Assembly: GCA_963823035.1 (NCBI GenBank) | Contig: CAWGKG010000014.1 | Span: 480,001-544,000, forward strand | DNA: 64,000 nt | From: an uncultured Gemmatimonadales bacterium | GTDB taxonomy: Bacteria > Gemmatimonadota > Gemmatimonadetes > Longimicrobiales > Gaopeijiaceae | Reading direction: 5' to 3' | Part shown: positions 29,638 through 40,046 of the stretch, piece by piece | Position numbering within the stretch: position 1 is the stretch's first letter | Layout of the letters: every line of letters begins with the position of its first letter | Notes under the pieces: model-generated | Seen by the model: only the letters and a program-made list of their open reading frames with translations | What the model was told of the DNA's origin: nothing | The model's database searches: none | Made by a program: the position numbers and the translations under genes

Positions 29638-29746
29638 GGGGATCCTCCGAGGGGATGAGGCCGGGGGGCCGGGGAGGCGGCCGGATTTCGTGGGGGGAGA
29701 GGATGGCCCCGCCCGTGGCTACCCGCAAGGCGCCCGCGCCTCCCGC

Positions 29747-30385
29747 TCAGCCGGCCGCGAGGGCCCGGGAAAGGCCCGGGATCGCGGAGGCACGCGCGTG
29801 CACCTCGCGCACGCCCGTGAAGGCGACGAGATGGCGCACGTGGTCGCCACGCACCCCTCCGCCCGCGAGGATCGCGATGCGGTCCGACGCGTGCCGCACC
29901 AGCGCCGCGATCCGGTCGGCGTGGTCGCGCGCCCGGCCCGGCCCGCCCGCCGTGAGGACGCGCCGCACGCCCAGGTCGATCAGGACGTCGAGGGCGGCGA
30001 GCGGGTCGGCCACCTCGTCGAAGGCGCGGTGGAAGGTCACCGGGAGGTCGGCGGCGGCCTCGACGCACAGGCGCGTCGTGCCCCCGTCCACCGTGCCGTC
30101 GTGGTGGAGCGCGCCCATGACGATCCCGTCGGCGCCGGCGCCGCGCAGAGCGGTGACGTCCGCGAGGAGCAGCGCCACCTCGTGGACCTCGAGCACGAAC
30201 GGCCCCGGGCGGGTCCGCGCCATCGCGAAGACCGGCACGTCGACGGCGGCGCGCACGGCCGCGAGGAGCGCGGGCGGTGGGGTCAGCCCGCCGGTGTCGA
30301 GATCCCGGCAAAGCTCGAGGCGGTGGGCGCCCGCCTGCACGGCGCCCACCGCCTCGTCGAGCGTGGTGACGCAGGCCTCGATCAG
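29747..30385 (-). CDS. cutC: CutC family protein
   Basis: IEACV, GAHRLELC, GGLTP, TFHRAFD, RVLTAGG, GGGV, EVH; start uncertain (CTG overlapping upstream TGA). Confidence 0.85.
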   Translation of the reverse strand: MIEACVTTLDEAVGAVQAGAHRLELCRDLDTGGLTPPPALLAAVRAAVDVPVFAMARTRPGPFVLEVHEVALLLADVTALRGAGADGIVMGALHHDGTVDGGTTRLCVEAAADLPVTFHRAFDEVADPLAALDVLIDLGVRRVLTAGGPGRARDHADRIAALVRHASDRIAILAGGGVRGDHVRHLVAFTGVREVHARASAIPGLSRALAAG

Positions 30386-32051
30386 AGGCCGCCCCCTCCG
30401 CCCGGAGCGCCCGCCTGCCCGTCCTCGGCGTCCTGGCTGATCGCCTTCGGATGCACGGTCGGATACGTGATGCCGAGCTGCTCGCAGGTAGGTGTCGTAC
30501 TTCGACGGATCGTAGTAGTAGGGCCGCATGAGCGGACGGTACTTCTCCATGATCTCGGCGTTCAGGAACGTCGCCGGCTTGTCCGCCGCGGTGATGAAGG
30601 GGATGTACTTCTGCTCCTTGGTCTGGACGTTGTTGAAGTAGTCCCAGGCGTCCGTGACGAGCTTCGGCGTCAGGAGAAGATCCAGGAGCGTGAGCGCCTG
30701 CACCTTCGCGCCCGCCACCGCGCCCTTGTGCGCGATGGGCGTGGCCATGGCGATGCCGTTCGCCCAGTTGTGTCCGGGCAGACCCGGCATGTTCGACGGG
30801 AAGCGGAGCGTCACGGTCGGCATGTTCCAGGAGACGTCGCCGATGTCGTCCGAACCGCCACCCAGCGACCGCGACAGATCGACCGGGCCCTGAGAGCGAG
30901 TCCAGCTCGGTCGCCAGCCCGACCTCCTCCTGTCCGAGCTCCCGCTGGATGCCCTTCGCGAGCGTGAGGTCCGCGTCGCTCCACTTCGGCAGGCCGACGC
31001 GCTGGATGTTGGCGTACTCGGCCTCGGCGATCGGTTTGCTGAAGTGCCGGCCCCACGCGGTGCCCACCGTCTGGATGGTGTCGATCTCGGTGCCGGTCAT
31101 GAGCGCGGCGCCCTGCGCCATCTTCACGGCGGCGTCGTACATCGCCTTCGTCTTCTCGTAGTCGCGCTCGCGGAAGTAGAACCAGATCGTGGAGGTCTGC
31201 GGCACCACGTTCGGCTGGTCACCGCCGTCCACGATCACGTAGTGCGAGCGGGCGGCCGGCTGCAGGTGCTCGCGGTGGTACTCCCAGCCGGTGGCCATGA
31301 GCATCGCCGCGTCCAGCGCCGAGCGCCCGCGCCACGGCGCCCCCGCCGCGTGCGCGGACTCGCCGACGAACTTGAACTGCGCCGACCAGAGCGCATTCCC
31401 CCCACCCGTGCCCCACGACATCCCGAAGTTGTCGCCCACGTGGGTGAAGAGGTTCACGTCCACGCCGTCGAACACGCCGTCACGCACGTAGAACGCCTTC
31501 GTCCCGACCAGCTCCTCCGCGATCCCCGGCCAGATGAGGAGCGTGCCGGAGATGTTGTCCCGCTCCATGATCTCCTTCACGGCGAGCGCGGCCACGATGT
31601 TCACCGCCTGTCCCGAGTTGTGGCCCTCGCCGTGGCCCGGAGCGCCGGCCACGATCGGGTCGTGGTAGCCCACGCCCGGCTTCTGGTTGGCCTGCGGGAT
31701 GTCGTCGACGTCCGAGCCGAGGGCGATCACGGGCTTGCCCGTGCCGTTCGACCAGCGCGCGGTCCACGCCGAAGGGATGCCGGCGACGCCCTTCTCGATC
31801 GCGAACCCGTGGTCCGCCAGCAGTCCGGTCAGGTACTTCTGGGTCTCGAACTCCTGGAAGCCCAGCTCGCCGAACGAGAACAGCATGTCGACGATCTCCT
31901 GGACCATCTTCGAGTTGTCCTGGACCTTCTGCAGCGCCTCCTCCTTGAGGCGAGCGAGGCGGGGGTCCGCCTTCTGGGCCTGGAGGGAGGGGGCGGCGAG
32001 GACGAGGGCGAGCAGGGTGGGAACGAAGCCACGCACGAGCGAACGGCGCAT
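30382..32051 (-). CDS. Secreted M20 amidohydrolase (AbgB-like), paralog 2; frameshifts near 30888 and 30485
   Basis: Highly similar to 28003-29637 at protein and DNA level; coding continues across three frames. Confidence 0.88.
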
Positions 32052-32135
32052 GTTTCGGCCTCCGGATGGAACGAGGGGCAGCCGGGAGTGGAATCGGAGG
32101 GGGAGGATGCGGTGCACCCTCGCGTGAGGCAAGCC

Positions 32136-32179
32136 GGGGGAGGGCCCGAGGGGGAGGGCCCGACACGGGGGAGGGCCCG
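32136..32179 (+). repeat. Three direct copies of GGGGGAGGGCCCG in a divergent intergenic region
   Basis: Copies at 32136-32148, 32150-32162, 32167-32179. Confidence 0.85.
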
Positions 32180-32219
32180 GACCTTGCCCCGGCGCCCGCC
32201 CCGGCGTTACAACGGCGGC

Positions 32220-33626
32220 ATGCGCGCTTCCATCGCTCGTCCCGTCCTCGCAGCCACAGCCCTCCTCCTCGCTGCCTGCACCACGAGCGAGCCCGCCTCG
32301 TCCCCGCCGGCGGAGGCGTCGCGCAGGGCCGTGCACGCGGTGCCGGGACTCCCCGCCGACACGGCCTTCGCCGCCGAGGTCCGCGAGGCGTTCTTGCACG
32401 CCTGGAACGGCTACGTCGAGAACGCGTGGGGCCACGACGCCCTCCGCCCCCTGAGCGGCGGGTGGCGTGACTGGTACGACGTATCGCTCCTCATGACGCC
32501 CGTCGACGCGTGGGACACCATGCACCTCATGGGGCTCGACGCGCAGGCGGACAGCGCGCGCGACCTGATCTTCGCGCAGCTGAGCTTCGACCAGGACATG
32601 ACCGTACAGGTGTTCGAGGTCACCATTCGGCTCCTGGGCGGCCTCCTGTCGGCGTATCAGATGGACGGTGACGTGCGCTGGCTGGAGTTGGCCCGCGACC
32701 TCGGGGATCGGCTGATGCCGGCCTTCGACTCCCCCACCGGCATGCCCTACGTGCGCGTGAACCTGGCGACCGGCGCCGTGGCCGAGCCGGAGAACAACCC
32801 GGCGGAGATCGGCACGCTCACGCTGGAGTTCGGACAGTTGTCCCGGCTCACGGGCGACGCGCGCTACTACGACGCCGTGAAGCGCGGCGTCATGGCCGTC
32901 TTCGACCGACGCTCGCCCCTCGACCTGGTGGGCACGGTGATCGACGTCGAGAGCGGCGAGTGGAAGAGCACGGACAGCCACATCGGCGGCCGCATCGACT
33001 CATACTACGAGTACCTGCTCAAGGGGTGGCTCCTCTTCGGGGACGAGGACTACCGGCACATGTGGGAGGTGAGCCGGGCCGCCATGAACGCCCACCTCGC
33101 CGAGACGGTGGACGGACACCTCTGGTACGGGCGGGTGGACATGGCGACCGGAGAGCGTACCGGCAGGCGCTTCGGCGCGCTCGAGGCCTTCCTTCCGGCC
33201 GTGCTCGCCCTGGGCGGGGACCTGGACCGGGCGACGCGGCTCGAGGAGTCGGTGGCGCTGATGTTCACGACGTTCGGGGTCGAGCCGGAGTCGTTCGACT
33301 ACGAGACGATGGAGATGCGCTACCCCGGCTATCCGCTCCGGCCGGAGGCGATCGAGTCGGCGTACTACCTCTACGCGCTCACGGGCGACGAGCGCTGGCG
33401 CGCGATGGGGCGGGACTTCTTCCACCGGATCGCGGCCGCGGCCCGCGTCGACCGGGGATTCGCCCACCTCACGGACGTGCGCACCGGCGAGCACGACGAC
33501 GCCATGGAGTCCTTCTTCCTGGCCGAGACGCTGAAGTACGCCTGGCTGCTGGCCAACCCCGGCGCGCTGGACTTCGACGCGGTGGTGTTCAACACGGAGG
33601 CGCACCCCCTCCGACCGGTCGGGTGA
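32220..33626 (+). CDS. GH47 alpha-1,2-mannosidase lipoprotein
   Basis: Lipobox LAAC; AW.GY..AWGHD.L.P, FEVTIRLLGGLLS, DSYYEYLLK, LRPEAIES, MESFFLAETLKY, FNTEAHP. Confidence 0.93.
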   Translation: MRASIARPVLAATALLLAACTTSEPASSPPAEASRRAVHAVPGLPADTAFAAEVREAFLHAWNGYVENAWGHDALRPLSGGWRDWYDVSLLMTPVDAWDTMHLMGLDAQADSARDLIFAQLSFDQDMTVQVFEVTIRLLGGLLSAYQMDGDVRWLELARDLGDRLMPAFDSPTGMPYVRVNLATGAVAEPENNPAEIGTLTLEFGQLSRLTGDARYYDAVKRGVMAVFDRRSPLDLVGTVIDVESGEWKSTDSHIGGRIDSYYEYLLKGWLLFGDEDYRHMWEVSRAAMNAHLAETVDGHLWYGRVDMATGERTGRRFGALEAFLPAVLALGGDLDRATRLEESVALMFTTFGVEPESFDYETMEMRYPGYPLRPEAIESAYYLYALTGDERWRAMGRDFFHRIAAAARVDRGFAHLTDVRTGEHDDAMESFFLAETLKYAWLLANPGALDFDAVVFNTEAHPLRPVG

Positions 33627-33635
33627 GGTTGGTCG

Positions 33636-34217
33636 TCAGGATCCCCGGAGCCGTACCGGAATCTCGAGCCTGGTGTGCTCCCACGTCATGACGATGCGCC
33701 CCGAGTCGGGCCCATCCTGCGTCCACACGTAGCTGAGCTGCTCGACCATCTCCGGGATCCTCTCCACCGGCCGGTCGAAGCTGCCGACGTCGGCGCGCCG
33801 CACGTCGTCGTTGATCGGGATGCCCCAGCGCTCGGCGCTCCGGTTCACCACGATCTTCCACGTGCCCTCGTCGGGCACGGCGTAGAGGGAGTAGTCGCCG
33901 GGACTCACCTGCACGCCTCCGATGTCAGCCGGGAAGGGGAGGTGGAGTGCCGTGGCCTCGTTCGCGCCCATCCGCCATGGGGTGCCCCAGGGCACGAGGC
34001 CGCCCATGACCTTCCGGTCCTTCGCCGAGGGTCGCCCGTAGCAGAGCGTCGCCTCCTCGCCTCCTAGCATGATGGACGTCGCGCCGAGCGGGCTGGGCCG
34101 CTGCATCGCCTCCGCCGGCGTGGCCGACGTCAGGTAGCACGCCGAGATGTCCTGGGCGCGCACGGGGGCCGCCGCGAGGGCGAGCGCCGCGAGGGCGAAG
34201 AGGGGTACGCTAGGCAT
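33636..34217 (-). CDS. DUF2911 family secreted protein
   Basis: RPSP...YGRPS..R..GGLVPWG.PWRMGANEAT...G.YSLYAVP. Confidence 0.85.
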   Translation of the reverse strand: MPSVPLFALAALALAAAPVRAQDISACYLTSATPAEAMQRPSPLGATSIMLGGEEATLCYGRPSAKDRKVMGGLVPWGTPWRMGANEATALHLPFPADIGGVQVSPGDYSLYAVPDEGTWKIVVNRSAERWGIPINDDVRRADVGSFDRPVERIPEMVEQLSYVWTQDGPDSGRIVMTWEHTRLEIPVRLRGS

Positions 34218-35388
34218 TCCAGATCTCTCCGAGCACACGTTGGAAGTTGCCGCCGAGGATGCCGCGGATGGCGTCGTCGCCGTACCCGCGGCGAAGGAGT
34301 CCCTCCGTCACGTCGAACATCCTCCTGGGATGGTCGATGCCCTCGATGTCGATCTTCTGGCGGAAGGCATAGCTCCCCTTGTACGCAGCCTTGAGCCGGG
34401 CGTAGTCGTCGGGGGGCATCGCGTCGTAGCCGTGCAGGTCGATGTCCGAGCCCACGCCGAGATGCTCGACGCCGACGAGGTCGCGGACGTGGTCGAAATG
34501 CTCCAGGTAGTCCTCGATCGTGGTGGGCTCCGAGCCCTTCACGAAGTTGCGCACCCCGGTGATGCCCATGACGCCGCCCGTGGATGCCATCTTGCGGATC
34601 GCGTCGTCCGTCTTGCAGCGCGGGTGGCCCGGGTTGAGCGCGCGCGCGTTGGAATGCGTGAAGAGGACGGGCTTCCTGGAGACCTCGCATGCGTCCAGCG
34701 TCGTCCGGTCGCCCGAGTGGGACACATCCACGGCCATCCCCACGTCGTTCATCCGCTCGACGATGGCGACGCCGAAGTCGCTGATGCCCCCGTCGACCCG
34801 CTCCGTCGATCCGTTACCGATCATGTTGCGGGCGTTGTACGTGAGCTGGCTCACCCGTTGGCCCAGGGCGTGGAATGCGTTCACGTCGTCGGGACCGCGG
34901 AAGTGCTCCGAGTTCTGCAGGCCGATGAGGATGCCCCTACGCCCCGACCCGTGGACCGTGGCGAGGTCCGCGGCCGAGTCGATCCGCACGAAAAGGTCCG
35001 GACGGTTCGCGACGATGCCGTCGTAGTGCGCCACGAAGGCGAGCACATTCTGGTAGGCCTGCTCCGTGGTCGGTCCTCCCACCCCGACCGCGACGTGGAA
35101 CACGTCGATGCCCGAAGCGCGCACCTCCTCGAGGTCCGCGTCGCCGAAGGCGTCCAACGCGGGTCCCCACCGCGTCGCCACCGCGTCGTTGAGCGTGAGC
35201 GGGGAGAGCATGTCGATCACCAGCGAGCTCCCGACCAGCTCGATGCAGCGGGCGGAGTAGTCGCGTGCTCCGCCGGCCCACAGGCGGTAGCGCCCGAGGT
35301 TCACGAAGGGGGCGAGGGCGGACGCCGCTGCGGCGCCCGCCAGGCTCCCGAGCAGCTCGCGGCGGGAGATCGGGGCAGATCGTGTCAT
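34210..35388 (-). CDS. M19 membrane dipeptidase with Tat signal
   Basis: SRRELL Tat motif; QLTYN, DVSH, FTHSN, HLGVGSD, ILGGNF. Confidence 0.88.
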   Translation of the reverse strand: MTRSAPISRRELLGSLAGAAAASALAPFVNLGRYRLWAGGARDYSARCIELVGSSLVIDMLSPLTLNDAVATRWGPALDAFGDADLEEVRASGIDVFHVAVGVGGPTTEQAYQNVLAFVAHYDGIVANRPDLFVRIDSAADLATVHGSGRRGILIGLQNSEHFRGPDDVNAFHALGQRVSQLTYNARNMIGNGSTERVDGGISDFGVAIVERMNDVGMAVDVSHSGDRTTLDACEVSRKPVLFTHSNARALNPGHPRCKTDDAIRKMASTGGVMGITGVRNFVKGSEPTTIEDYLEHFDHVRDLVGVEHLGVGSDIDLHGYDAMPPDDYARLKAAYKGSYAFRQKIDIEGIDHPRRMFDVTEGLLRRGYGDDAIRGILGGNFQRVLGEIWNA

Positions 35389-35400
35389 GTCGGCCGGCTG

Positions 35401-36627
35401 CTAGCCCGCGTAGGCTCTCAAGAGGTCGAGCACGTGGTCGATGTCCGCCTCCGTGTGGTCCGCGTTGACCTGCGTGCGGATCTCCTCGTCCCCGCGCGGC
35501 ACCACCGGGAAGGCGAGACCGGTCACCAGGACGCCGTGCTCGAAAAGGTAGCGCACGAGGTCGCGCGTGCGCTGGGTGTCGCGGATCATGAGCGGCACCA
35601 CCGGATGCTCGCCCGGGATCGTCTCGATGCCCGCGCTCGCGAGGCCGGTCTCGAACCGACTCGTGAGCGCGCGCAGCCGCTCCAGGCGCCGTACACCCTC
35701 GGGCGAGTCCACGATCTCCAGCGACTTCAGCGCCGCCGCGGCCTCACCCACCGTGATCGGGTTCGAGTAGATGTACATCATCGACGTCTCGCGCAGGAAA
35801 CGCACCGTGGCCGCGTTGCCCGCAACGTATCCGCCGTTCACGCCGAACGCCTTGCCAAGCGTGCCGACCAGAACGTCGACCGGCGGGCTGCCCGTGTACT
35901 CCTCCGTGCCCCGCCCCGTGCGCCCGAAGGCGCCCACGCCGTGGGAGTCGTCGGCCAGGAGGACCACGTTCTCCTCGTAGTCGTCGTCGTGCGCCCGGCA
36001 GATCGTAACGATCTCGTCGAGCGGCGCATGGTCGCCTCGCATCGAGAAGATCCCGTCGGTGACGACCAGGGCGCGCTTCGCCTTCCCCTTCCACTCCGTG
36101 AGGCGCGCGTCCAGCTCGGCCAGATCCAGATGCCTGTAGACGTCCTTGCCGGCGGGCCGGGCCAGCCGCATCGCATTGATGATGCAGTTGTGGTTCAGCT
36201 CGTCGGAGATCAGGACCGTCTCGGACGTGACCAGCGGCACGATGGTGGACACCACCGACGCGTACGCCGACGAGAACACCATCGCCGCCTCGCGCCCGTG
36301 GAAGGCGGCCAGACGCCTCTCGAGGCGGACGTGCGCGTCGTACGTCCCGCTGATGAAGCGCACCGCGCCGGGCCCGGCGCCGAAGCGCTGCGTGGCCTCC
36401 TCCTCGGCGCGCACCACCTCGGGGTGCAGCCCCATCCCCATATAGGAGTTCGAGTTCATGCGCATGAACTCCTTGTCCCCCTGGCCCTGCAGGAGGAAGC
36501 GGGGGCCGCGATCCCCCTCCGCGTGCTTCACGCCCACGACCACGGCCTCCTTCCCCTTCGCGGTTCCGGCGTCCTCCAGCCCCTTCACATGGGCTTCCAG
36601 CACGGCGCTCAGTCGGTCGAGCGGCAT
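35401..36627 (-). CDS. kbl: 2-amino-3-ketobutyrate CoA ligase (alpha-oxoamine synthase)
   Basis: SNSYMG, AVRFISGT, DELNHNCII, DGIFSM, DDSHG, GTLGKA; coupled to threonine dehydrogenase. Confidence 0.85.
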   Translation of the reverse strand: MPLDRLSAVLEAHVKGLEDAGTAKGKEAVVVGVKHAEGDRGPRFLLQGQGDKEFMRMNSNSYMGMGLHPEVVRAEEEATQRFGAGPGAVRFISGTYDAHVRLERRLAAFHGREAAMVFSSAYASVVSTIVPLVTSETVLISDELNHNCIINAMRLARPAGKDVYRHLDLAELDARLTEWKGKAKRALVVTDGIFSMRGDHAPLDEIVTICRAHDDDYEENVVLLADDSHGVGAFGRTGRGTEEYTGSPPVDVLVGTLGKAFGVNGGYVAGNAATVRFLRETSMMYIYSNPITVGEAAAALKSLEIVDSPEGVRRLERLRALTSRFETGLASAGIETIPGEHPVVPLMIRDTQRTRDLVRYLFEHGVLVTGLAFPVVPRGDEEIRTQVNADHTEADIDHVLDLLRAYAG

Positions 36628-36631
36628 GGTC

Positions 36632-37570
36632 TCATCCTCTCAGGTGCGCGAACATGTCGGCCGTCATCGCGGCCGCGTCGTACTCGGGATTCCACCCCCA
36701 CTCGTCACGTGCGGCCGTATCGTCGATCCGGTCGGGCCAGGACTCCGCGATGGACTGGCGGACCGGGTCGACGTCGTAGTCGAGCGCGAAGTCGGGGACG
36801 TGCTTACGGATCTCTGCGGCCAGCGTCTCCGGCGCGAGCTGCATGGCCGTGACGTTGAAGGCGTTACGGTGCGTGAGCCGGTCGGGATCCGCCTCCATGA
36901 CGCCGATCGCCGCGCGGATGGCGTCCGGCATGTACATCATGTCGAGCTGCGTGCCCTCGCCGAGGAAGCAGGTGTAGCGGCCGTGCTCCACCGCCTGGTA
37001 GAAGATGTCCACCGCCCAGTCGGTGGTACCGCCCCCGGGAGGCGCACCGTAGGAGATCAGCCCCGGATAGCGCACGCCGCGCGTGTCGACGCCGTAGCGG
37101 CGGTAGTAGTAGTCGCACAGCAGCTCGCCCGCGACCTTCGTGATCCCGTAGACCGTACGCGGGCGCATGATGGTGTCCTGCGGCGTCGGGTTCTTCGGAC
37201 TCTCGGGACCGAAGACGCCGATCGAGCTCGGCGTGAAGACCCTGCAGCCCTGCTCACGCGACACCTCGAGCACGGCTTCGAGCGCCGTCATGTTCACGTG
37301 CCAGGCCAGGCGCGGGTCACGCTCGCCCACGGCCGAGAGGATGGCGGCGAGGTGGAAGACGGCGTCCACGTGGTGGCGCATCACGGCCTGCCCCACGGCC
37401 CGGACGTCGGTGGCGTCGAGCACCTGGAAGGGTCCGGCCTCCACCACGTCGGCGCCCAGGGTGCGGATGTCCGTCGCGAGAACGGCGTCATCGCCGTAGG
37501 TCCTGCGGAGCTCGGGCACGAGCCACGAGCCGATCTGGCCGCCTGCGCCGGTGACGAGAATACGCTTCAA
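36632..37570 (-). CDS. tdh: SDR-type L-threonine 3-dehydrogenase
   Basis: TGAGGQIG, HLAAILSA.GE, PSSI, YGITK, GGGTTD, MMYMPD, IAESWP; TTG start inferred. Confidence 0.85.
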   Translation of the reverse strand: MKRILVTGAGGQIGSWLVPELRRTYGDDAVLATDIRTLGADVVEAGPFQVLDATDVRAVGQAVMRHHVDAVFHLAAILSAVGERDPRLAWHVNMTALEAVLEVSREQGCRVFTPSSIGVFGPESPKNPTPQDTIMRPRTVYGITKVAGELLCDYYYRRYGVDTRGVRYPGLISYGAPPGGGTTDWAVDIFYQAVEHGRYTCFLGEGTQLDMMYMPDAIRAAIGVMEADPDRLTHRNAFNVTAMQLAPETLAAEIRKHVPDFALDYDVDPVRQSIAESWPDRIDDTAARDEWGWNPEYDAAAMTADMFAHLRG

Positions 37571-37648
37571 GGGAGGGGCTCCCGGAGGGTCACTAGGGGT
37601 TCTGAACGCCCGGAATCTAGCCACGAGGACGTGGCGCGGCGACCGGGG

Positions 37649-38311
37649 ATGGACGCGGCGTTCAGCGCGCTGGGGATCACGCGACAAAAGGACCCCGTCG
37701 ACTTCGCGGACATCGACTTCGGTGCGAACGCGGCTCTCCTGGACGAGGCGGTCGCGGCGGGCGTGCAGCGGTTCGGCGTCATCGCGGCGGTGGGGCACGA
37801 GCTGTGCCGCGGCTTGAAGCTCGTGGAGGCGAAGGAGCGCTTCGTCGCGGAGTTGGCGTCGGCTCCCGTGGGCGGCGTCGTGGTGCGCGCCACGGGGTTC
37901 TTCAGCGACGTCGGGGAGATCTTCCGGATGGCGCGGCGCGGAACCGTCTTCCTCGTCGGCGACGGGCGCGCGCGGGTCAACCCCGTGCACGGAGCTGACC
38001 TGGGCGCGGCCTGCGTCGACGCGCTCTTCGGCACGGCGCGCGAGGTCGCCGTGGGCGGTCCCGACACCTTCACGTGGGAGGAGGTCGCCCGGCTCGCCTT
38101 CACGGCGCTCGGGCGCCGCCCGCGCATCCTCAGGGTGCCCGCGGCCTTGGCCCGGGCGGCGCTGCTGGCCGTCCGACCGTTCAACGCCCGCGCCTACGAC
38201 ATCGGGTCGTTCATGGTGCGCGTGTCCACGCACGACGTGCTGGCGCCCGCCCGCGGGACGCATTCGCTCTCGGCGTTCTTCGAAGGGCTGGCGGCCGAGA
38301 CCGGGGGTTAG
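37649..38311 (+). pseudogene. N-terminally truncated atypical SDR (NAD(P)H-binding) oxidoreductase
   Basis: Starts at MDAAFSALGITRQKD; has RATGFF, GDG..RVNPVHG.DL, GGP; no Rossmann GxxGxxG upstream. Confidence 0.55.
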
Positions 38312-38331
38312 CAGGCCGCCCGGGTCCGCGC

Positions 38332-39837
38332 TCAGTAGCCCGCGGCGCCCTCCCGCACGGCCTGCAGCGACCAGGACATGAAGTCCCGCAGGTCCTGGTT
38401 CGCCGTGACGATGTCCTCGGAGCGCAGGTACATCATGTGCCCGCTCCGGTAGCCCTTCCAGCGCATGCGGTCCTGGAGGCGCCCGGCGGGATCGAGGTTC
38501 CACATCGTGTATCGGGCAGCGAAGTAGTTCGTGCCGCCGTCGAAGTAGCCGCTCTGCACGAAGAGGTGCAGGTGGGGGTTCTCGGACATCGCCTCGCGCA
38601 GGTTCTCCCCCGTCCGGTCTCCCTCCCGGTTCCACGGGTTCACGGGGCCGAAGAGGTAGTACTGCAGGTCCGTCTCGAAGCCGAGGTCGTTGCGCAGGTA
38701 ATCGTTGATGGCCGGCGCGAACGCGTGGTTCCAGGCGCTCATCGCGGGGTCGTAGTCGTAGCCTTCGCCCGCGTCCTGTCGGTCCTTGCCGCGGTAGCGC
38801 GCGTCGAGGCGACCGACCGTGAGGCCCTGGTCGCGCAGCAGCTCCTTGCGGAACTCGCCCACGCCGGGCCGGAGGTTGTGGTCGAGGTACCACTGCGCCG
38901 ATACGCCCGTCCACCGTGCCGCCTGTCCGGCGATCTCGCGGCGCTCGGCGTCGGTCAGCGATCCGGCGCGCGCCAGCGCGGGGAGGAGGGTGTCCAGCGT
39001 CCACCGCTCCACCTCGGGGAGGATCTCCGCGAGGTCGCGCTGCTGCAGGGCCGGGTCGAGCCGGCGGTGGTACCACGCGGTGGCGGTGAAGTTGGGGAAC
39101 GCCAGGGCCTCGCCCACCGGCCCGTCGCGCGGAACGCCCAGCGCGGTGGGCGACACGAGGATCACGCCGTTGAGGTACATCCACTGGCTGGATTGCAGCG
39201 CCTGGGCGAGCCCCGCCGCGCGCGTCGTGCCGTAGCTCTCGCCGATCATGAACTTCGGGGAGCGCCAGCGATCGTAGCGGGTGACGAACGTGCCGATCCA
39301 ATCGGCGAGGTAGGCGATGTCCTCGTTCACGCCGAAGAAGCGGGAGCGCGGCACGTCACCGACGATCCGCGAGAACCCGACGTTCACCGGATTCACGTAG
39401 ACGATGTCGGTCACGTCCAGGATCGAGTTCGGGTTGTCCCGCACGCCGTACGGCTGGATGGGATAGCCCTCGTCGTCGATCACCAGTTGTTTCGGCCCCG
39501 TGTAGCCGAGGTGCATCCACAGCGAACCCGACCCCGGACCCCCGTTGAAGGAGATCGTGAGCGGTCGCTCGGCGCGGTTCTGCACGTCGGAACGCTCGTA
39601 GTACGTGAACAGGAGCGACGCGATCGGCTTCCCGTCGTCGCCGAAGACGGGGATCGTCCCGACGGTCGCGTGGTACGGCACACGCTGCCCCCCGATCGTC
39701 ACGACGTGCTCCGTGGTGATCGCGGTGTCCACGGGGAGTCGCGCCTCCTGCGCACCCAGGTCGGCGACGCCGACGAGTAGGGCGAGGGAGAGGGTCGGCA
39801 GAAGGGCGGCGGGGGGCGTCCGGCGCGTCGAGCGCAT
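38332..39837 (-). CDS. S10 serine carboxypeptidase, secreted
   Basis: FNGGPGS, NPVNVGFS, GESYGT, GYFD, GHMMY. Confidence 0.92.
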   Translation of the reverse strand: MRSTRRTPPAALLPTLSLALLVGVADLGAQEARLPVDTAITTEHVVTIGGQRVPYHATVGTIPVFGDDGKPIASLLFTYYERSDVQNRAERPLTISFNGGPGSGSLWMHLGYTGPKQLVIDDEGYPIQPYGVRDNPNSILDVTDIVYVNPVNVGFSRIVGDVPRSRFFGVNEDIAYLADWIGTFVTRYDRWRSPKFMIGESYGTTRAAGLAQALQSSQWMYLNGVILVSPTALGVPRDGPVGEALAFPNFTATAWYHRRLDPALQQRDLAEILPEVERWTLDTLLPALARAGSLTDAERREIAGQAARWTGVSAQWYLDHNLRPGVGEFRKELLRDQGLTVGRLDARYRGKDRQDAGEGYDYDPAMSAWNHAFAPAINDYLRNDLGFETDLQYYLFGPVNPWNREGDRTGENLREAMSENPHLHLFVQSGYFDGGTNYFAARYTMWNLDPAGRLQDRMRWKGYRSGHMMYLRSEDIVTANQDLRDFMSWSLQAVREGAAGY

Positions 39838-40046
39838 GGGTTCCTCGCGTTTTCGGGTGATCGCAGGTGGCGAATGCTGCGCGCCGGCACGGCCCGGGGC
39901 AAGCCGGCCGTCGGCGCGCACACCGGCGGCGGTCGAAAGGGTGCCCGCGCACGTCCCAACGTGCGATATTGGAGGTGCGGAGGGCGCCCGTCGGGTGCAC
40001 TGCCCCCTCACGCACGAAACGGCCTACTTACGTGAGGAGGCGCAGT

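Noticed and set aside
29568..32981. Apparent 1137-aa ORF and apparent M20-CutC fusion (29747-30823)
   Set aside because: Artefacts of two frameshifts; comparison with paralog 1 restores a stop at 30382-30384
29620..39846. Shared GTCGAGCGCATGGG at the starts of the M20 and S10 genes
   Set aside because: Short match explained by similar RBS and MRST signal-peptide starts
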